Numbered from the stretch's first letter, positions 37,625 to 47,275 are shown. The stretch: DNA of 64,000 nucleotides from Gammaproteobacteria bacterium (GCA_022819855.1 JAJEGN010000011.1:184465-248464); one strand, 5' to 3'. Numbers and translations: made by a program. The notes: generated from the letters alone by a model not told the origin.

Positions 37625-39235
37625 ATGGAATACGACTACATCATCATCGGGGCAGGAACGGCCGGCTGCGTGCTCGCCAATCGTCTATCGGCGGATCCGG
37701 ACGTCTCGGTGCTGCTGCTCGAAGCGGGCGGCAAGGACGACTATTTCTGGATTGACATCCCGGTCGGCTATCTCTACACGATCGGCAATCCGCGCACGGA
37801 CTGGTGCTACGAGATCCAGCCCGACGCCGGTCTGAACGGCAGGACCATCGGCTACGCGCGCGGCCGCGTGCTCGGCGGTTGCTCGTCGATCAACGCGATG
37901 ATCTACATGCGCGGCCAGCGCAGCGACTACGACCACTGGGCTTCGCTCGGCAACCGCGGTTGGGGCTGGGACGACGTGCTGCCCGTGTTCAAGCGTTCCG
38001 AGGACTACGAGCACGGCGCCGATGAACTGCACGGCGCCGGAGGCGAACTGCGCGTCGAGGAGCGGCGCGTGAGCTGGGAGATTCTCGACGCGTGGCGCGA
38101 CGCGGCCGAGGAGTGCGGCATCCCGAAGATCCCCGAATTCAATCGCGGCGACAATTTCGGCAACGCCTACTTTCAGATGAATCAGCGCGGCGGTGTGCGC
38201 TGGAGCGGTACGAAGGCTTTCCTGCGGCCGGTCATGCACCGCGACAACCTCACCGTGCTGACAAACGCGCATGTCGAGCGCCTGCGGATCGAATCGAGGG
38301 ACGGCGTCAAGCGGGCCATTGGCGTTGAGGTTGTCGAGAAGGGAACGCGACACAGCCACGAGGCGCGCCGCGAGATCGTGCTCGCGGCAGGATCGATCGG
38401 TTCACCGCAGATTCTGCAGCTTTCAGGTGTCGGACCGGGCGAACTGCTGCGGCGGCACGGAATTGAAGTCGTTCACGAGCTGCCCGGCGTAGGCGAAAAC
38501 CTCCACGATCACCTGCAGGTGCGCAACGTCTACAAGGTTCGCAATACCACCACGCTGAACCGGCGCGCGAATTCCCTCTGCGGCAAGGCCGCGATGGGGC
38601 TTGAGTACTTTCTCTTCAGGACCGGCCCGCTGACGATGCCGCCGTCGCAGCTCGGCGCGTTCGCCAGGAGCGACCCGTCACAGCCATCGGCCAACATGGA
38701 GTGGCACGTCCAGCCGCTGTCGCTCGACAAGTTCGGCGATCCCCTGCATCGCTTCGACGCGATCACGCCATCGGTCTGCAATCTGCAGCCGACGAGCCGC
38801 GGCCATGTCCGTATCGAAAGCCCGGACCCAGCAGCGCATCCCGCGATCACGCTGAACTACCTGTCGACGGACCACGACCGCAGCGTGGCGGTAGCCGGGG
38901 TCCGTTTCACGCGGCGCATCATGGCCGCGGACGCGCTCGCGAGGTTCGAGCCCGAGGAGTGGAAACCCGGCCCGGACCTGCAGAGTGACGATGAACTCGT
39001 GCGCGCCGCCGGCGATCTCGGCACGACGATCTTTCACCCGGTCGGCACCTGTAAGATGGGTGGCGATCCGCTGGCCGTCGTCGATGATCGGCTCGCCGTG
39101 CACGGCGTGAAAGGGCTGCGAGTCATCGATGCCTCGATCATGCCGCGCATCACTTCGGGAAATACGAACGCGCCGACGGTGATGATCGCGGAGAAGGGCG
39201 CGGAGTTTATTCGGGAGGATGCGGGGAGGGGATAA
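37625..39235 (+). CDS. GMC-family FAD oxidoreductase (choline/alcohol dehydrogenase-like)
   Basis: [36 protein letters not shown], and C-terminal HPVGTCKMG...RVIDASIMP. Confidence 0.9.
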   Translation: MEYDYIIIGAGTAGCVLANRLSADPDVSVLLLEAGGKDDYFWIDIPVGYLYTIGNPRTDWCYEIQPDAGLNGRTIGYARGRVLGGCSSINAMIYMRGQRSDYDHWASLGNRGWGWDDVLPVFKRSEDYEHGADELHGAGGELRVEERRVSWEILDAWRDAAEECGIPKIPEFNRGDNFGNAYFQMNQRGGVRWSGTKAFLRPVMHRDNLTVLTNAHVERLRIESRDGVKRAIGVEVVEKGTRHSHEARREIVLAAGSIGSPQILQLSGVGPGELLRRHGIEVVHELPGVGENLHDHLQVRNVYKVRNTTTLNRRANSLCGKAAMGLEYFLFRTGPLTMPPSQLGAFARSDPSQPSANMEWHVQPLSLDKFGDPLHRFDAITPSVCNLQPTSRGHVRIESPDPAAHPAITLNYLSTDHDRSVAVAGVRFTRRIMAADALARFEPEEWKPGPDLQSDDELVRAAGDLGTTIFHPVGTCKMGGDPLAVVDDRLAVHGVKGLRVIDASIMPRITSGNTNAPTVMIAEKGAEFIREDAGRG

Positions 39236-39298
39236 ACCACCAAGCCTGAGTATCGTGCGGTCCGGTCTTGCCGGACATCGCGTCAACCCCGGTTCAGG

Positions 39299-39619
39299 TC
39301 AGGGCAGCAGCCTCGTCACTGCGGTAACCGCGGCGATGATGATGCCGGTCTGCAGCCACAACGTGCGATAGAGCGTAGCTCTCATGCGCTGTTCGAGCGC
39401 CTCCATCGCGCTCGCGTTACGTTGTTCGAGCGCGTTCAGGTCGGTCTTGGTCGCCAATTGCCCCTCGACCGCGTCGGCCATGTCGCCGATGGCGCTGGCC
39501 ATGGCTTCAGCCAGTTTTTCGTCGGCGCCCGCTTCCCGGAGGGATCGGACCGCCTTGAGCGGGTTGAAGGCGAGGGCGGGCATGGATTGCATCGTAGGAA
39601 CGGTGTTTGATGGTGTCAA
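39299..39619 (-). CDS. DUF1640-like coiled-coil protein with C-terminal TM helix
   Basis: AFNPLKAVRSLREAGADEKLAEAMASAI ..., a coiled segment, then LWLQTGIIIAAVTAV. Distant paralogue of 49022..49354. Confidence 0.6.
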   Translation of the reverse strand: MTPSNTVPTMQSMPALAFNPLKAVRSLREAGADEKLAEAMASAIGDMADAVEGQLATKTDLNALEQRNASAMEALEQRMRATLYRTLWLQTGIIIAAVTAVTRLLP

Positions 39620-39938
39620 ACCTTTGCGCGGCGCGTCAAAAGGCGAAACTGGCCGCTTCCGGGAGTTATTCTTCGCCCTGGTTTTTTCCTCGCGATCGCG
39701 TTCGCGGATGCACGCTGTCTGGCTTCCCGGAAAGAACTCGCCTCACGTCGTTTGCGACGCAACTTGACGCATAGTTGCGGCACAATGCGGTTGGCTGCCG
39801 AGACAGGGATGCCGCTATGCCGATCTGTCGCGCGCATCGCCACTCGCACGCACGTCGCTGCCGACGCAGTGACTCGGGACGGCGACAGGTATTGCCAACC
39901 GCGCGGCAGAAGAGTCCGAATCGAGCCTGGAATCGCAT

Positions 39939-40964
39939 ATGCCAACCGCTACCGACACGACGCTGCGCCACCTGGCAATGCTTGCCGCCATTCCCGTTGG
40001 CCTGCCCGGGAAGAGTACGCGGCAAATCCTCACGGAGTTGCGCGACAAGAACCCGGACTTCGATGTCGCCACGCGCACAGTTCAACGCAGCCTGGAGCAG
40101 TTGTCCCGGCAGTTTCCCATTACCTCGGAAACGCGCGGCCGCACGAACTACTGGTTCTGGATCGAGAAAGATGCGTTGACGCAGATTCCGGCGATGACCG
40201 CCACCACAGCGTTCGCGCTATGTCTTGCGGCCGAACACCTGCGCCCGATCATGCCGCCTTCCACGTTGCCCAAGCTCGATCCGTACTTCCGCCACGCCAG
40301 GAGAATTCTTGACGGCACCGACCTGGGGCGCTGGACGGACCGCGCGGCCATCATCGCGCAGGGGCCGTCGCTCACGCCGCCGGACGTTTCCGCCGATGTG
40401 CAGGAGGCCGTCTACGAGGCGCTGATGACGAACCGGAAGGTCGAAGTGCGATACCGCGGCAAGCACGAAAAGGAATCGAAGGCCATCGTCCTGAACCCGC
40501 TGGGAATCGTCGTGCGCAACGGCATCGTCTACCTTGTCGCGACTTCCTGGAAATACGAGGACATTCGCCACTACGTGCTGCACCGCATGAGCGAACCGCG
40601 GTTGACGGACGAACCGGCGAAGATGCCGCCGGACTTTCGCCTCGCCGATCATCTGGGCGACGACGGCGCGTTCGCGTATCCGGCCAGCGACGAGAAGCTG
40701 GCGCTGCGGGCGCTGTTCCATGCCGGCGCCGGTGCGCACCTGATCGAAAGCCGCCTGGCGCCGGATCACCGCGCCACCGAGCAGGAAGACGGGCGCGTGC
40801 TGGTGGAGGCGACGGTCACCGACACTGCCGAGTTGCGCTGGTGGCTGGCGGCGTTCGGGAGTTTGGTGGAGGTGCTGGGGCCGGAGTCGTTGCGGGAGGA
40901 GTTTGCGGAGGAGGCGAGGAGGCTGGCTGGGGTTTACGGGGCGGATCCAGAGGGTCAGCGTTGA
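39939..40964 (+). CDS. HTH-WYL-domain transcriptional regulator (BrxR/CapW-like architecture)
   Basis: N-terminal wHTH (STRQILTELRDKNPDFDVATRTVQRSLEQL). WYL-type core (VVRNGIVYLVATSWKYEDIRHYVLHRM). C-terminal extension (ELRWWLAAFGSLVEVLGPESLREE). Confidence 0.85.
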   Translation: MPTATDTTLRHLAMLAAIPVGLPGKSTRQILTELRDKNPDFDVATRTVQRSLEQLSRQFPITSETRGRTNYWFWIEKDALTQIPAMTATTAFALCLAAEHLRPIMPPSTLPKLDPYFRHARRILDGTDLGRWTDRAAIIAQGPSLTPPDVSADVQEAVYEALMTNRKVEVRYRGKHEKESKAIVLNPLGIVVRNGIVYLVATSWKYEDIRHYVLHRMSEPRLTDEPAKMPPDFRLADHLGDDGAFAYPASDEKLALRALFHAGAGAHLIESRLAPDHRATEQEDGRVLVEATVTDTAELRWWLAAFGSLVEVLGPESLREEFAEEARRLAGVYGADPEGQR

Positions 40965-41023
40965 CAGGATTCTGTGCCAATTTCAACATAAGCCGCCTTT
41001 CAATTAGTGATTGGAGAGCAACA

Positions 41024-42073
41024 ATGGTCCCGAACATTTTCAAGTACGCAACGAAGGAATTGTCGCAGGATGCGGTCATATGCTGGCTGGTGGCCTGCGC
41101 AAAGGATGCGACAGGAGAGTTGCGCGAGAGCGGGCTGGATTTCGTGCGGGCGCTAATGCAGAGCGGAAACGGGGCAGTGTTTAACTGCGCGAGTGATCAA
41201 CTTGAACAATATGTCAGCGCTTGCGAGGTCTCGCGAGTGCTTGGCGATCCACGACCGCAATACCGGAGTATCGACGTGTATTTTCGGGCCAAGATAGATG
41301 GGAAGGTGGTGAGCTTTGTAATTGAGGACAAGACGCACTCGGAAATGCACGGGAACCAGTTGGGACGGTACAGGCGCGTCGTTGAAGATGACGGTATCGA
41401 CGAAGACCTCATAAAGCCGGTTTACCTAAAGACCGGATACGTATTCCATGACGAGCGCGAGAGAGCAGAATCAGCAGGATACTCCGTATTCGATGCCGAC
41501 GATGTGCTGGACTTTCTTGTCGGTGGTAACCGGGCTGGCACTCACGAGATTTTGCGACAGTATGCGGAATACATAAACGAGCAACATGCGTCGAGACTGT
41601 GCGCTCTGAAGGAGTGGAAGCTTGAGCACAGTTTCGTTCAGTGGGAGCTCATGGTTCGCTTGGGGAAATCGCTGCAGATGAAAGGAATGAAGTGGCCGGC
41701 GAGGTGGTTCAACGTTGGTGGGAGCGCATGGACCCAGTATCCACACTACGAAGATCGCGGAGCGCTCTATTGGCGTCTGGATTCATGGAAGCCACTTCGG
41801 TTGATGATCGCCACACACAAAGCCGGGGATCAGGTGCTTGCACGTTGGAATGGATGGTCTCGGGCGTTTGAAGATGCTCGGGAAGAAGCTGGATTGAGCG
41901 CTGGCTCATTTCGAAGAGTGAGGAGAAGACGCGGAGAGATGGTGAGAGAGGGAACTATCGGGGCAGTCGATGTCGCTAGTTGTCTGCGCGATGAGGGACT
42001 CGATCGTTGCGTAGCAAGAGTCGCTTATCTGCACCGGGCGTTTATGAGTTCGGTGGGTGACGAATTGCAGTAG
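41024..42073 (+). CDS. PD-(D/E)xK (RecB-like) nuclease-fold protein, uncharacterised (paralogue A)
   Basis: GGAGAG RBS lies 6 nt upstream of the ATG at 41024. N-terminal NIFKYATKELSQDAVICWLV. Catalytic-type motifs IDVYF ... FVIEDKTHSEMHGNQLGRY (D, ExK, QxxxY). The upstream Gly-rich extension in the ORF track is rejected. Confidence 0.65.
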   Translation: MVPNIFKYATKELSQDAVICWLVACAKDATGELRESGLDFVRALMQSGNGAVFNCASDQLEQYVSACEVSRVLGDPRPQYRSIDVYFRAKIDGKVVSFVIEDKTHSEMHGNQLGRYRRVVEDDGIDEDLIKPVYLKTGYVFHDERERAESAGYSVFDADDVLDFLVGGNRAGTHEILRQYAEYINEQHASRLCALKEWKLEHSFVQWELMVRLGKSLQMKGMKWPARWFNVGGSAWTQYPHYEDRGALYWRLDSWKPLRLMIATHKAGDQVLARWNGWSRAFEDAREEAGLSAGSFRRVRRRRGEMVREGTIGAVDVASCLRDEGLDRCVARVAYLHRAFMSSVGDELQ

Positions 42074-42478
42074 CCTGATTCTTGCGGGCGGTCCTCCATA
42101 CGTTGACTGGGGTCGCATCGAAGTGAAATCTTCGAATATCGACTTGGCGAGGAGCCAATACCCACTGGCGTAGTCGCCAAATACTTACGTCCGCGTGACT
42201 TGGAATCTTCTGGTGTTCCGTGTGGCTAATGGCATTCCGTCGCGACGCGTGCGGCGATATTTGATGCAGCATGGGTGCATGCTCAAAGGGAGGTGCAAAA
42301 AGCCGATGCCCAGCATGTCGAAAAGGCAAACGACAGTGGATGTAGAGGGAGTTTGAATTGCAGTCGCCAACATGATCGCGTGCAAGACGGGGCTATCGGC
42401 CTGTAAGGAATCACTTGGCGGTGCTTCGGTCGGGCACGACCACGCGGGACAGCAGGAAACTCGCACGGAGGAATCGAT

Positions 42479-43501
42479 GTGCGAAACGCGTTCGAAAGCA
42501 ATAACCGGAGAATGCTGCCGGAAAGGTTTCACTCGGAATTCTTGGGCGCGGCGCTTCGTGCCAGCCTGAATGGGGACCGATCGCTGTTCGAGGGCGTGTG
42601 GGAACGATGCGCGCCGGACTTTTGGGATTGTCCCAGCAACGCTCGGGTGGAAACGGAGTACGGCCGGGACGGGTATGCATGGATCGATATCTTGATACGC
42701 GACATGGAGTACGGTCTTGCGGTCGGCATCGAACTCAAGACTCGGGATGAGTCGGTCGAGAAGGGACAATTGGAAGCCTGTCGACGGGCGCTGTGTGCGG
42801 AGTTTGGAGAAGAGTGTGCCGCAATCGTGTTTTTGACGCCTTTCAATCGACAGCATGCGGCGAGAGTGAGCCAAGATGCCGCGGAAATGCTGCAGGCGGT
42901 GGAAGTTTTTGAGGAATTCTCAATGGGGTCGGGGTGCACGCCGACACGTCACTTGAGCTGGCTCGATGTAGCGGACATCCATTGGCCGGGTGGTGGTGAT
43001 CTCTGGAGGGAATACAGGGAGCATGTGGAGGGGACAATCGCATCGATGCACAGGGTGGAAGAGCTGGTAATGCGAAACCGAACGTTCGATGATTTTTTCG
43101 GAATGCAAGCAGCTGAGGAGTTCTGGAACCGGTTACGATACGCGTTTCGAAACTCGGGCAGCTGGGACCACAAGGGCGTAAGGGTTATTGAGCTTGGCGA
43201 AGTCAAGGGAGGCCCGGGTGAACTGGCAGCGGCGATTCGGATACTCATTGAACATGGCGAGAGGGTGGCGCATCGGGTCAAACAGAGCGGGTTTTCGGAG
43301 CGGTCACGACAGAGATTTGTTGATTCCGAGCATGGATGGATTCACCAGGCCCTGTTCGGACTCGCGATCGAATTTCCTTACGTTTGGCTGGACGGCGGCA
43401 AGGATTACAGGTTGAGCGTCAGGCACAGGGATCACGGCGATGGTTTGAGCCTGGTAACAAGCCAAGGGACGGGCCGGCTGTTGATCGGGCAGCGGCATTG
43501 A
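42479..43501 (+). CDS. PD-(D/E)xK nuclease-fold protein, uncharacterised (paralogue B)
   Basis: GGAGGA lies 6 nt upstream of the GTG at 42479. ERFHSEFLGAAL ... WIDILI ... VGIELKTRDESVEKGQL has the same motif order as paralogue A. Confidence 0.6.
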   Translation: MRNAFESNNRRMLPERFHSEFLGAALRASLNGDRSLFEGVWERCAPDFWDCPSNARVETEYGRDGYAWIDILIRDMEYGLAVGIELKTRDESVEKGQLEACRRALCAEFGEECAAIVFLTPFNRQHAARVSQDAAEMLQAVEVFEEFSMGSGCTPTRHLSWLDVADIHWPGGGDLWREYREHVEGTIASMHRVEELVMRNRTFDDFFGMQAAEEFWNRLRYAFRNSGSWDHKGVRVIELGEVKGGPGELAAAIRILIEHGERVAHRVKQSGFSERSRQRFVDSEHGWIHQALFGLAIEFPYVWLDGGKDYRLSVRHRDHGDGLSLVTSQGTGRLLIGQRH

Positions 43502-43560
43502 CGGGCAAGACGGCGTTGTCAGAGAAAACCGGCTTGAGCCAGAAAGATCGACGAAAGCAG

Positions 43561-44910
43561 TCACACGCCGCGAACACCGTCGCCGTAGTCCTCGCGAACG
43601 AAGTTCTCGAACCTGGTGAATTCCCCTTTGTAGACAAGTCGAACTGTGTCGGTCGGCCCGTTGCGTTGTTTGGCGACGATGATTTCCGCAAAACCCTTGT
43701 CCCGTGTCTCGGGGTCGTACCGTTCTTCGCGGTAGATGAAGATGATCACATCGGCGTCCTGTTCGATGGCGCCGGATTCGCGCAGGTCCGACATCATCGG
43801 CCGCTTGTCGGTACGCTGCTCAACGCTTCGATTGAGCTGCGATAGCACAACCACCGGGATGTTCAGTTCCCGCGCGAGGCTCTTCAGCGACTGGGAGATG
43901 CGCGAGATCTCCGTGTTTCTGTTCTCGTTGTAGCCCCCGGCTTGCATGAGCTGGAGATAGTCCACCACGATCAGACCCAGATCATGTTCGCGCTTCAGGC
44001 GTCGGGCGCGGGCGCGAACCTCGGTGGGCTTCAGCGCCGGCGTATCGTCGATGAATAGCGGTGCGTCCGCGAGCGTGTCGAGCGAGCGCTGAACTCGCAC
44101 CCAATCGTCGTCTGACAGGCGACCGTTCCGCAAGCGCTTCTGGTTGATCCGGCCGATGGATCCGATCAAACGGAACATGATCTGCTCTTGCGACATTTCC
44201 ATGCTGAGGATGCCGGTGGATACACGGTTTTCTACCGCAGCGGATGCGGCAATGTTAAGCGCCAGTGATGTCTTGCCCATGGAGGGCCGCCCCGCAATTA
44301 TCACAAGATCTCCGTTCTGAAAACCGGCCGTCAATTTGTCCAGGTCGTTGAATCCCGTTGCAACGCCGATGATCTCGTTCGGGCTATCGCTCAATTTCCG
44401 CAATCGGCTCCAGCTCTCCTCGATCAACTCGTTGACCCGCTCGAAACCGGCGCCGGTGCGCTGCCTCCGATCGGCGACATCGAAGATCTGACGTTCCGCT
44501 TCGTCGACAATCTCCGCCACCTCGCGTCCTTCGGGTGCGTAGGCGCTTGCGGCGATTTCGCCGGCGGCTCCGATGAGCTGCCGCAGCATGGCGCGGTCGC
44601 GCACGATCTTGGCGTAAGCCCGGATATTCGCGGCGCCGGAGGAGTTCGCTACCAATTCGGCAACGTAGTCCATGCCGCCGGCTTCCTCCAGACGTCCCTG
44701 CATCGAAAGGTGTTCGCTGACGGTTACCGCATCCGGAGGTTGTCCAAGTTCAACCAGCTCCGCGATGGCCGTGAAGATGTGTCGGTGATCCGCGCGGTAG
44801 AGATCGCTCGCGGTAACGGCGTCGGCCACCTGATCCCAGGCTTCGGAGTCGAGCATGATGCCGCTGAGAAGCGCTTGTTCGGCTTCGACGGAATGCGGGG
44901 ATTGTCTCAT
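43561..44910 (-). CDS. dnaB: Replicative DNA helicase DnaB
   Basis: PHSVEAEQALLSGIML, Walker A GRPSMGKTSLALN, Walker B LIVVDYLQLM, LSQLNRSVEQR, SDLRESGAIEQDAD, AKQRNGP. Confidence 0.92.
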   Translation of the reverse strand: MRQSPHSVEAEQALLSGIMLDSEAWDQVADAVTASDLYRADHRHIFTAIAELVELGQPPDAVTVSEHLSMQGRLEEAGGMDYVAELVANSSGAANIRAYAKIVRDRAMLRQLIGAAGEIAASAYAPEGREVAEIVDEAERQIFDVADRRQRTGAGFERVNELIEESWSRLRKLSDSPNEIIGVATGFNDLDKLTAGFQNGDLVIIAGRPSMGKTSLALNIAASAAVENRVSTGILSMEMSQEQIMFRLIGSIGRINQKRLRNGRLSDDDWVRVQRSLDTLADAPLFIDDTPALKPTEVRARARRLKREHDLGLIVVDYLQLMQAGGYNENRNTEISRISQSLKSLARELNIPVVVLSQLNRSVEQRTDKRPMMSDLRESGAIEQDADVIIFIYREERYDPETRDKGFAEIIVAKQRNGPTDTVRLVYKGEFTRFENFVREDYGDGVRGV

Positions 44911-45184
44911 TTTGGCGCTGCCGGCTGGTCGGTGAGTGGCGCGTCATGATCGGCCGTACATGCGACACACGGGTTCGCGGTTCGAACGATCCGACGAGCC
45001 ACACGTCGACGCCGTTCTGTGACGGATGCGATCGGGCCTCACTGCGCTCTCAATGAGTTCTCCCCTTTGAATACCGGTCCTTTAGTCGGCTTGAGCTACG
45101 CCTATGCGACGCTGTTTGTCGCTCAATGATGTCAATGTCCAGTCGCCGCGTTATCCGCCGCACATACACCAATGACAACGACAA

Positions 45185-45604
45185 ATGGAGCAATTCATGA
45201 CCGCCCTAATCGTGATCGGCATCGTAGTTGGCCTTGTCTTTATTGCCGCCGTGGCAATGGCGATGAAGAAACACGCGGCGGAGAAATACGGATTCGAACC
45301 GTTCGCCGTTCCGAATCTTCTGTTTGCGGCTGCAGCAGTGGGCTTGCTCGTCATCGGCGCGCTTGTCATCGATACGACACCCGGCTCAATTCTCGGAATT
45401 GGATCTAATGCGCTTGTCCTGTTCGCGGCTTCCGCCATCGTGTACCTTGGCTACACTGCGTACCTGATCAAACGAACTACCGTCATGATCGGTCTGCTGG
45501 CTTCCGTCCTGCAGGTTGTTGGGCTCATTGGCCTGCTTGTTTTGGCCCTCGCCATCTTCGCGGGGCGAAGGCTTCTGGGATTTCTACGGTCATATCTGCG
45601 TTAA
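45185..45604 (+). CDS. Small polytopic membrane protein (about 4 TM), hypothetical
   Basis: Four hydrophobic segments. GGAG lies 7 nt upstream of the second ATG (45197), which may be the real start. Confidence 0.55.
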   Translation: MEQFMTALIVIGIVVGLVFIAAVAMAMKKHAAEKYGFEPFAVPNLLFAAAAVGLLVIGALVIDTTPGSILGIGSNALVLFAASAIVYLGYTAYLIKRTTVMIGLLASVLQVVGLIGLLVLALAIFAGRRLLGFLRSYLR

Positions 45605-45690
45605 CGCGGAAAACTGCCTGCAAACTCGGCTGCGGAAGGGCGGACGGGATGAAGTCGCCGAATCTTTGTTAAGGCACGTCACCTCAAACC

Positions 45691-47172
45691 ATGCGCGTTC
45701 CTACTCTCTCCAAATCCCGCTACCTCTCGGGAGATCAATGCCACCTTCGGCTCTGGTACGACAGCTACGAGCGCGACCTCGCGCCACCGCCCGACGCAAG
45801 CCTGCAAGCGGTATTCGATACCGGGCATGAAGTAGGCAGGCTCGCTTGCGAGCGCCATCCCGGCGGGCACTACGTCGCGCACGACTACCGACATGTTCGC
45901 GACGCTCTGGAGGAAACTCGCCGGGTAATCGAGGCGGGAACAGCATCGGTACTGTTCGAACCAGCTTTCAGGCATGAGGGCGTACTGGTTCGAGTCGACA
46001 TCCTCGAGCGCCTGCCGGGGGGCGGTTGGCGCCTGGGTGAAGTCAAATCCACTGCGGAACTCAAGTCGGTCCATGTTCCGGATGTCGCCGTGCAGCTATG
46101 GGTGCTGCGCGGAGCCGGCCTTGACGTGCGCGAGGCGGCGGTAGTCACGCTCAACAGCGACTACGTCTATGACGGGGTTCGGCTCGATCTCGATGCGCTG
46201 TTCCAGAACCACTCGGTCACGGACGAAGCCGAGGCGCTTCAGGAGACCGTGTATGCCCGAGTCCGGGAGATGCTGGATATGCTTGGCGGGCCTGTCGCTC
46301 CCGCAATAGCACCCGGCGAGCATTGTTTCACGCCGTACGACTGCCCCTATTACGCTCATTGCACGCGCGATGTCGTCTGGCCCGACCACGGCATCGGCGA
46401 ACTTCCTTTTCTGCACGCCAGTCGCCGTTCGAGACTCGAGGAGGAGGGCATCGAAGAAATCCGAGATATCCCGTCCGAATTTCCGCTGACTTCGTTGCAG
46501 ACTATCGTTCGTCAAGCGGTGCAGGAACAACGGGCCATCGTTCGCGGTGACATTGCATCGGAATTGGCCAGGCTGGCGCCTCCGGCTCATTACCTGGATT
46601 TCGAAACCTTCAAGCCAGCCATTCCTCGTTACGCCGGGACTCATCCCTTCCAAACCATTCCGTTCCAGTTCTCCGTTCATACCGAGCGCGCCGAAGCATC
46701 GCTCGAACATACGGACTACCTTCACGAGTACGACGACGACCCGCGGCCGTATGTCGTCGAGCGCCTTATCGGCGCTGTGGGAACCGAAGGATCGATCTGT
46801 ACGTACTCGCACTACGAGCGAACGATGCTGAATGCGTTGGCTGTGGCCGTGCCCGACCGGGCCGAAGAACTCACGGCGATTTCGGGGCGGTTGTTCGACC
46901 TGCTTCCTGTGATCCGCAAGAGGTACTACCACCCCGAGTTTCGAGGTTCGTTCTCGATCAAGAATGTGTTGCCGGTACTCGTGCCCGGAATGGGCTATGG
47001 AGACCTTGAGGTCTCCGATGGCCGCACGGCGTCAGCCCAATACATGCAGGCGCTCAGAAGCACCGATCGCCGCGAGCGCCAACAAACGTTTGACGACCTA
47101 CGCGCCTACTGCGAACGCGACACGCTGGCGATGGTGCGTTTGCGTCAAGCGCTCGGCGCCATTCCCGCCTAG
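45691..47172 (+). CDS. DUF2779-family protein: Cas4/RecB-like Fe-S nuclease N-terminal domain plus RNase H-like C-terminal domain
   Basis: N-terminal domain: C17 plus CFTPYDCPYYAHC cysteines, VRVDIL ... LGEVKSTAELKSVHVPDVAVQLWVL. C-terminal domain: YLDFETFKPAIP...PFQTIPFQFSVH and ...AYCERDTLAMV. Confidence 0.75.
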   Translation: MRVPTLSKSRYLSGDQCHLRLWYDSYERDLAPPPDASLQAVFDTGHEVGRLACERHPGGHYVAHDYRHVRDALEETRRVIEAGTASVLFEPAFRHEGVLVRVDILERLPGGGWRLGEVKSTAELKSVHVPDVAVQLWVLRGAGLDVREAAVVTLNSDYVYDGVRLDLDALFQNHSVTDEAEALQETVYARVREMLDMLGGPVAPAIAPGEHCFTPYDCPYYAHCTRDVVWPDHGIGELPFLHASRRSRLEEEGIEEIRDIPSEFPLTSLQTIVRQAVQEQRAIVRGDIASELARLAPPAHYLDFETFKPAIPRYAGTHPFQTIPFQFSVHTERAEASLEHTDYLHEYDDDPRPYVVERLIGAVGTEGSICTYSHYERTMLNALAVAVPDRAEELTAISGRLFDLLPVIRKRYYHPEFRGSFSIKNVLPVLVPGMGYGDLEVSDGRTASAQYMQALRSTDRRERQQTFDDLRAYCERDTLAMVRLRQALGAIPA

Positions 47173-47275
47173 CGCAGGGCCAAGGTGCTTGCTCCGGCGC
47201 GCTGTGTCCCCGAAGCGACCGCGCCGCCACGCGGACAGCCTTGCTCCCACGGCGGGAGAATGTTAGCGTCTGTCA

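Noticed and set aside
39620-39938. Search for the missing dnaQ C-terminus, for att-type direct repeats shared with 49355-49660 or 53540-53640, and for a promoter around TTGACG/CACAAT and the TTGCGaCGCAA palindrome
   Set aside because: None of the minus-strand translations I read here (three frames over about 39620-39780, plus the two track ORFs) resembles the epsilon C-terminal region. Only trivial 8-9-mers are shared with the right-hand junctions. The -35/-10 spacing is wrong for the candidate promoter.
40841-41023. Gly-rich N-terminal extension (MAGGVREFGGGAGAGVVAGG...) of the first nuclease-fold gene in the ORF track
   Set aside because: It overlaps the 3' end of the WYL regulator gene in another frame. 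The internal ATG at 41024 has a GGAGAG RBS and begins the conserved NIF... N-terminus.
42185-42874. 229-aa minus-strand ORF spanning the spacer and the 5' part of nuclease-fold paralogue B
   Set aside because: It has no motifs and no RBS, and about 400 nt of it is antisense to a gene with a strong RBS and recognisable catalytic motifs.
44941-45000. tRNA-like T-loop string (ggttcgaacgatcc) upstream of dnaB; more generally a scan for tRNA, rRNA, tmRNA and CRISPR repeats
   Set aside because: No complementary T-stem, acceptor stem or anticodon arm could be built around it. No regularly spaced short repeats or rRNA-like stretches were seen anywhere in the window. The scan was by eye and is not exhaustive.
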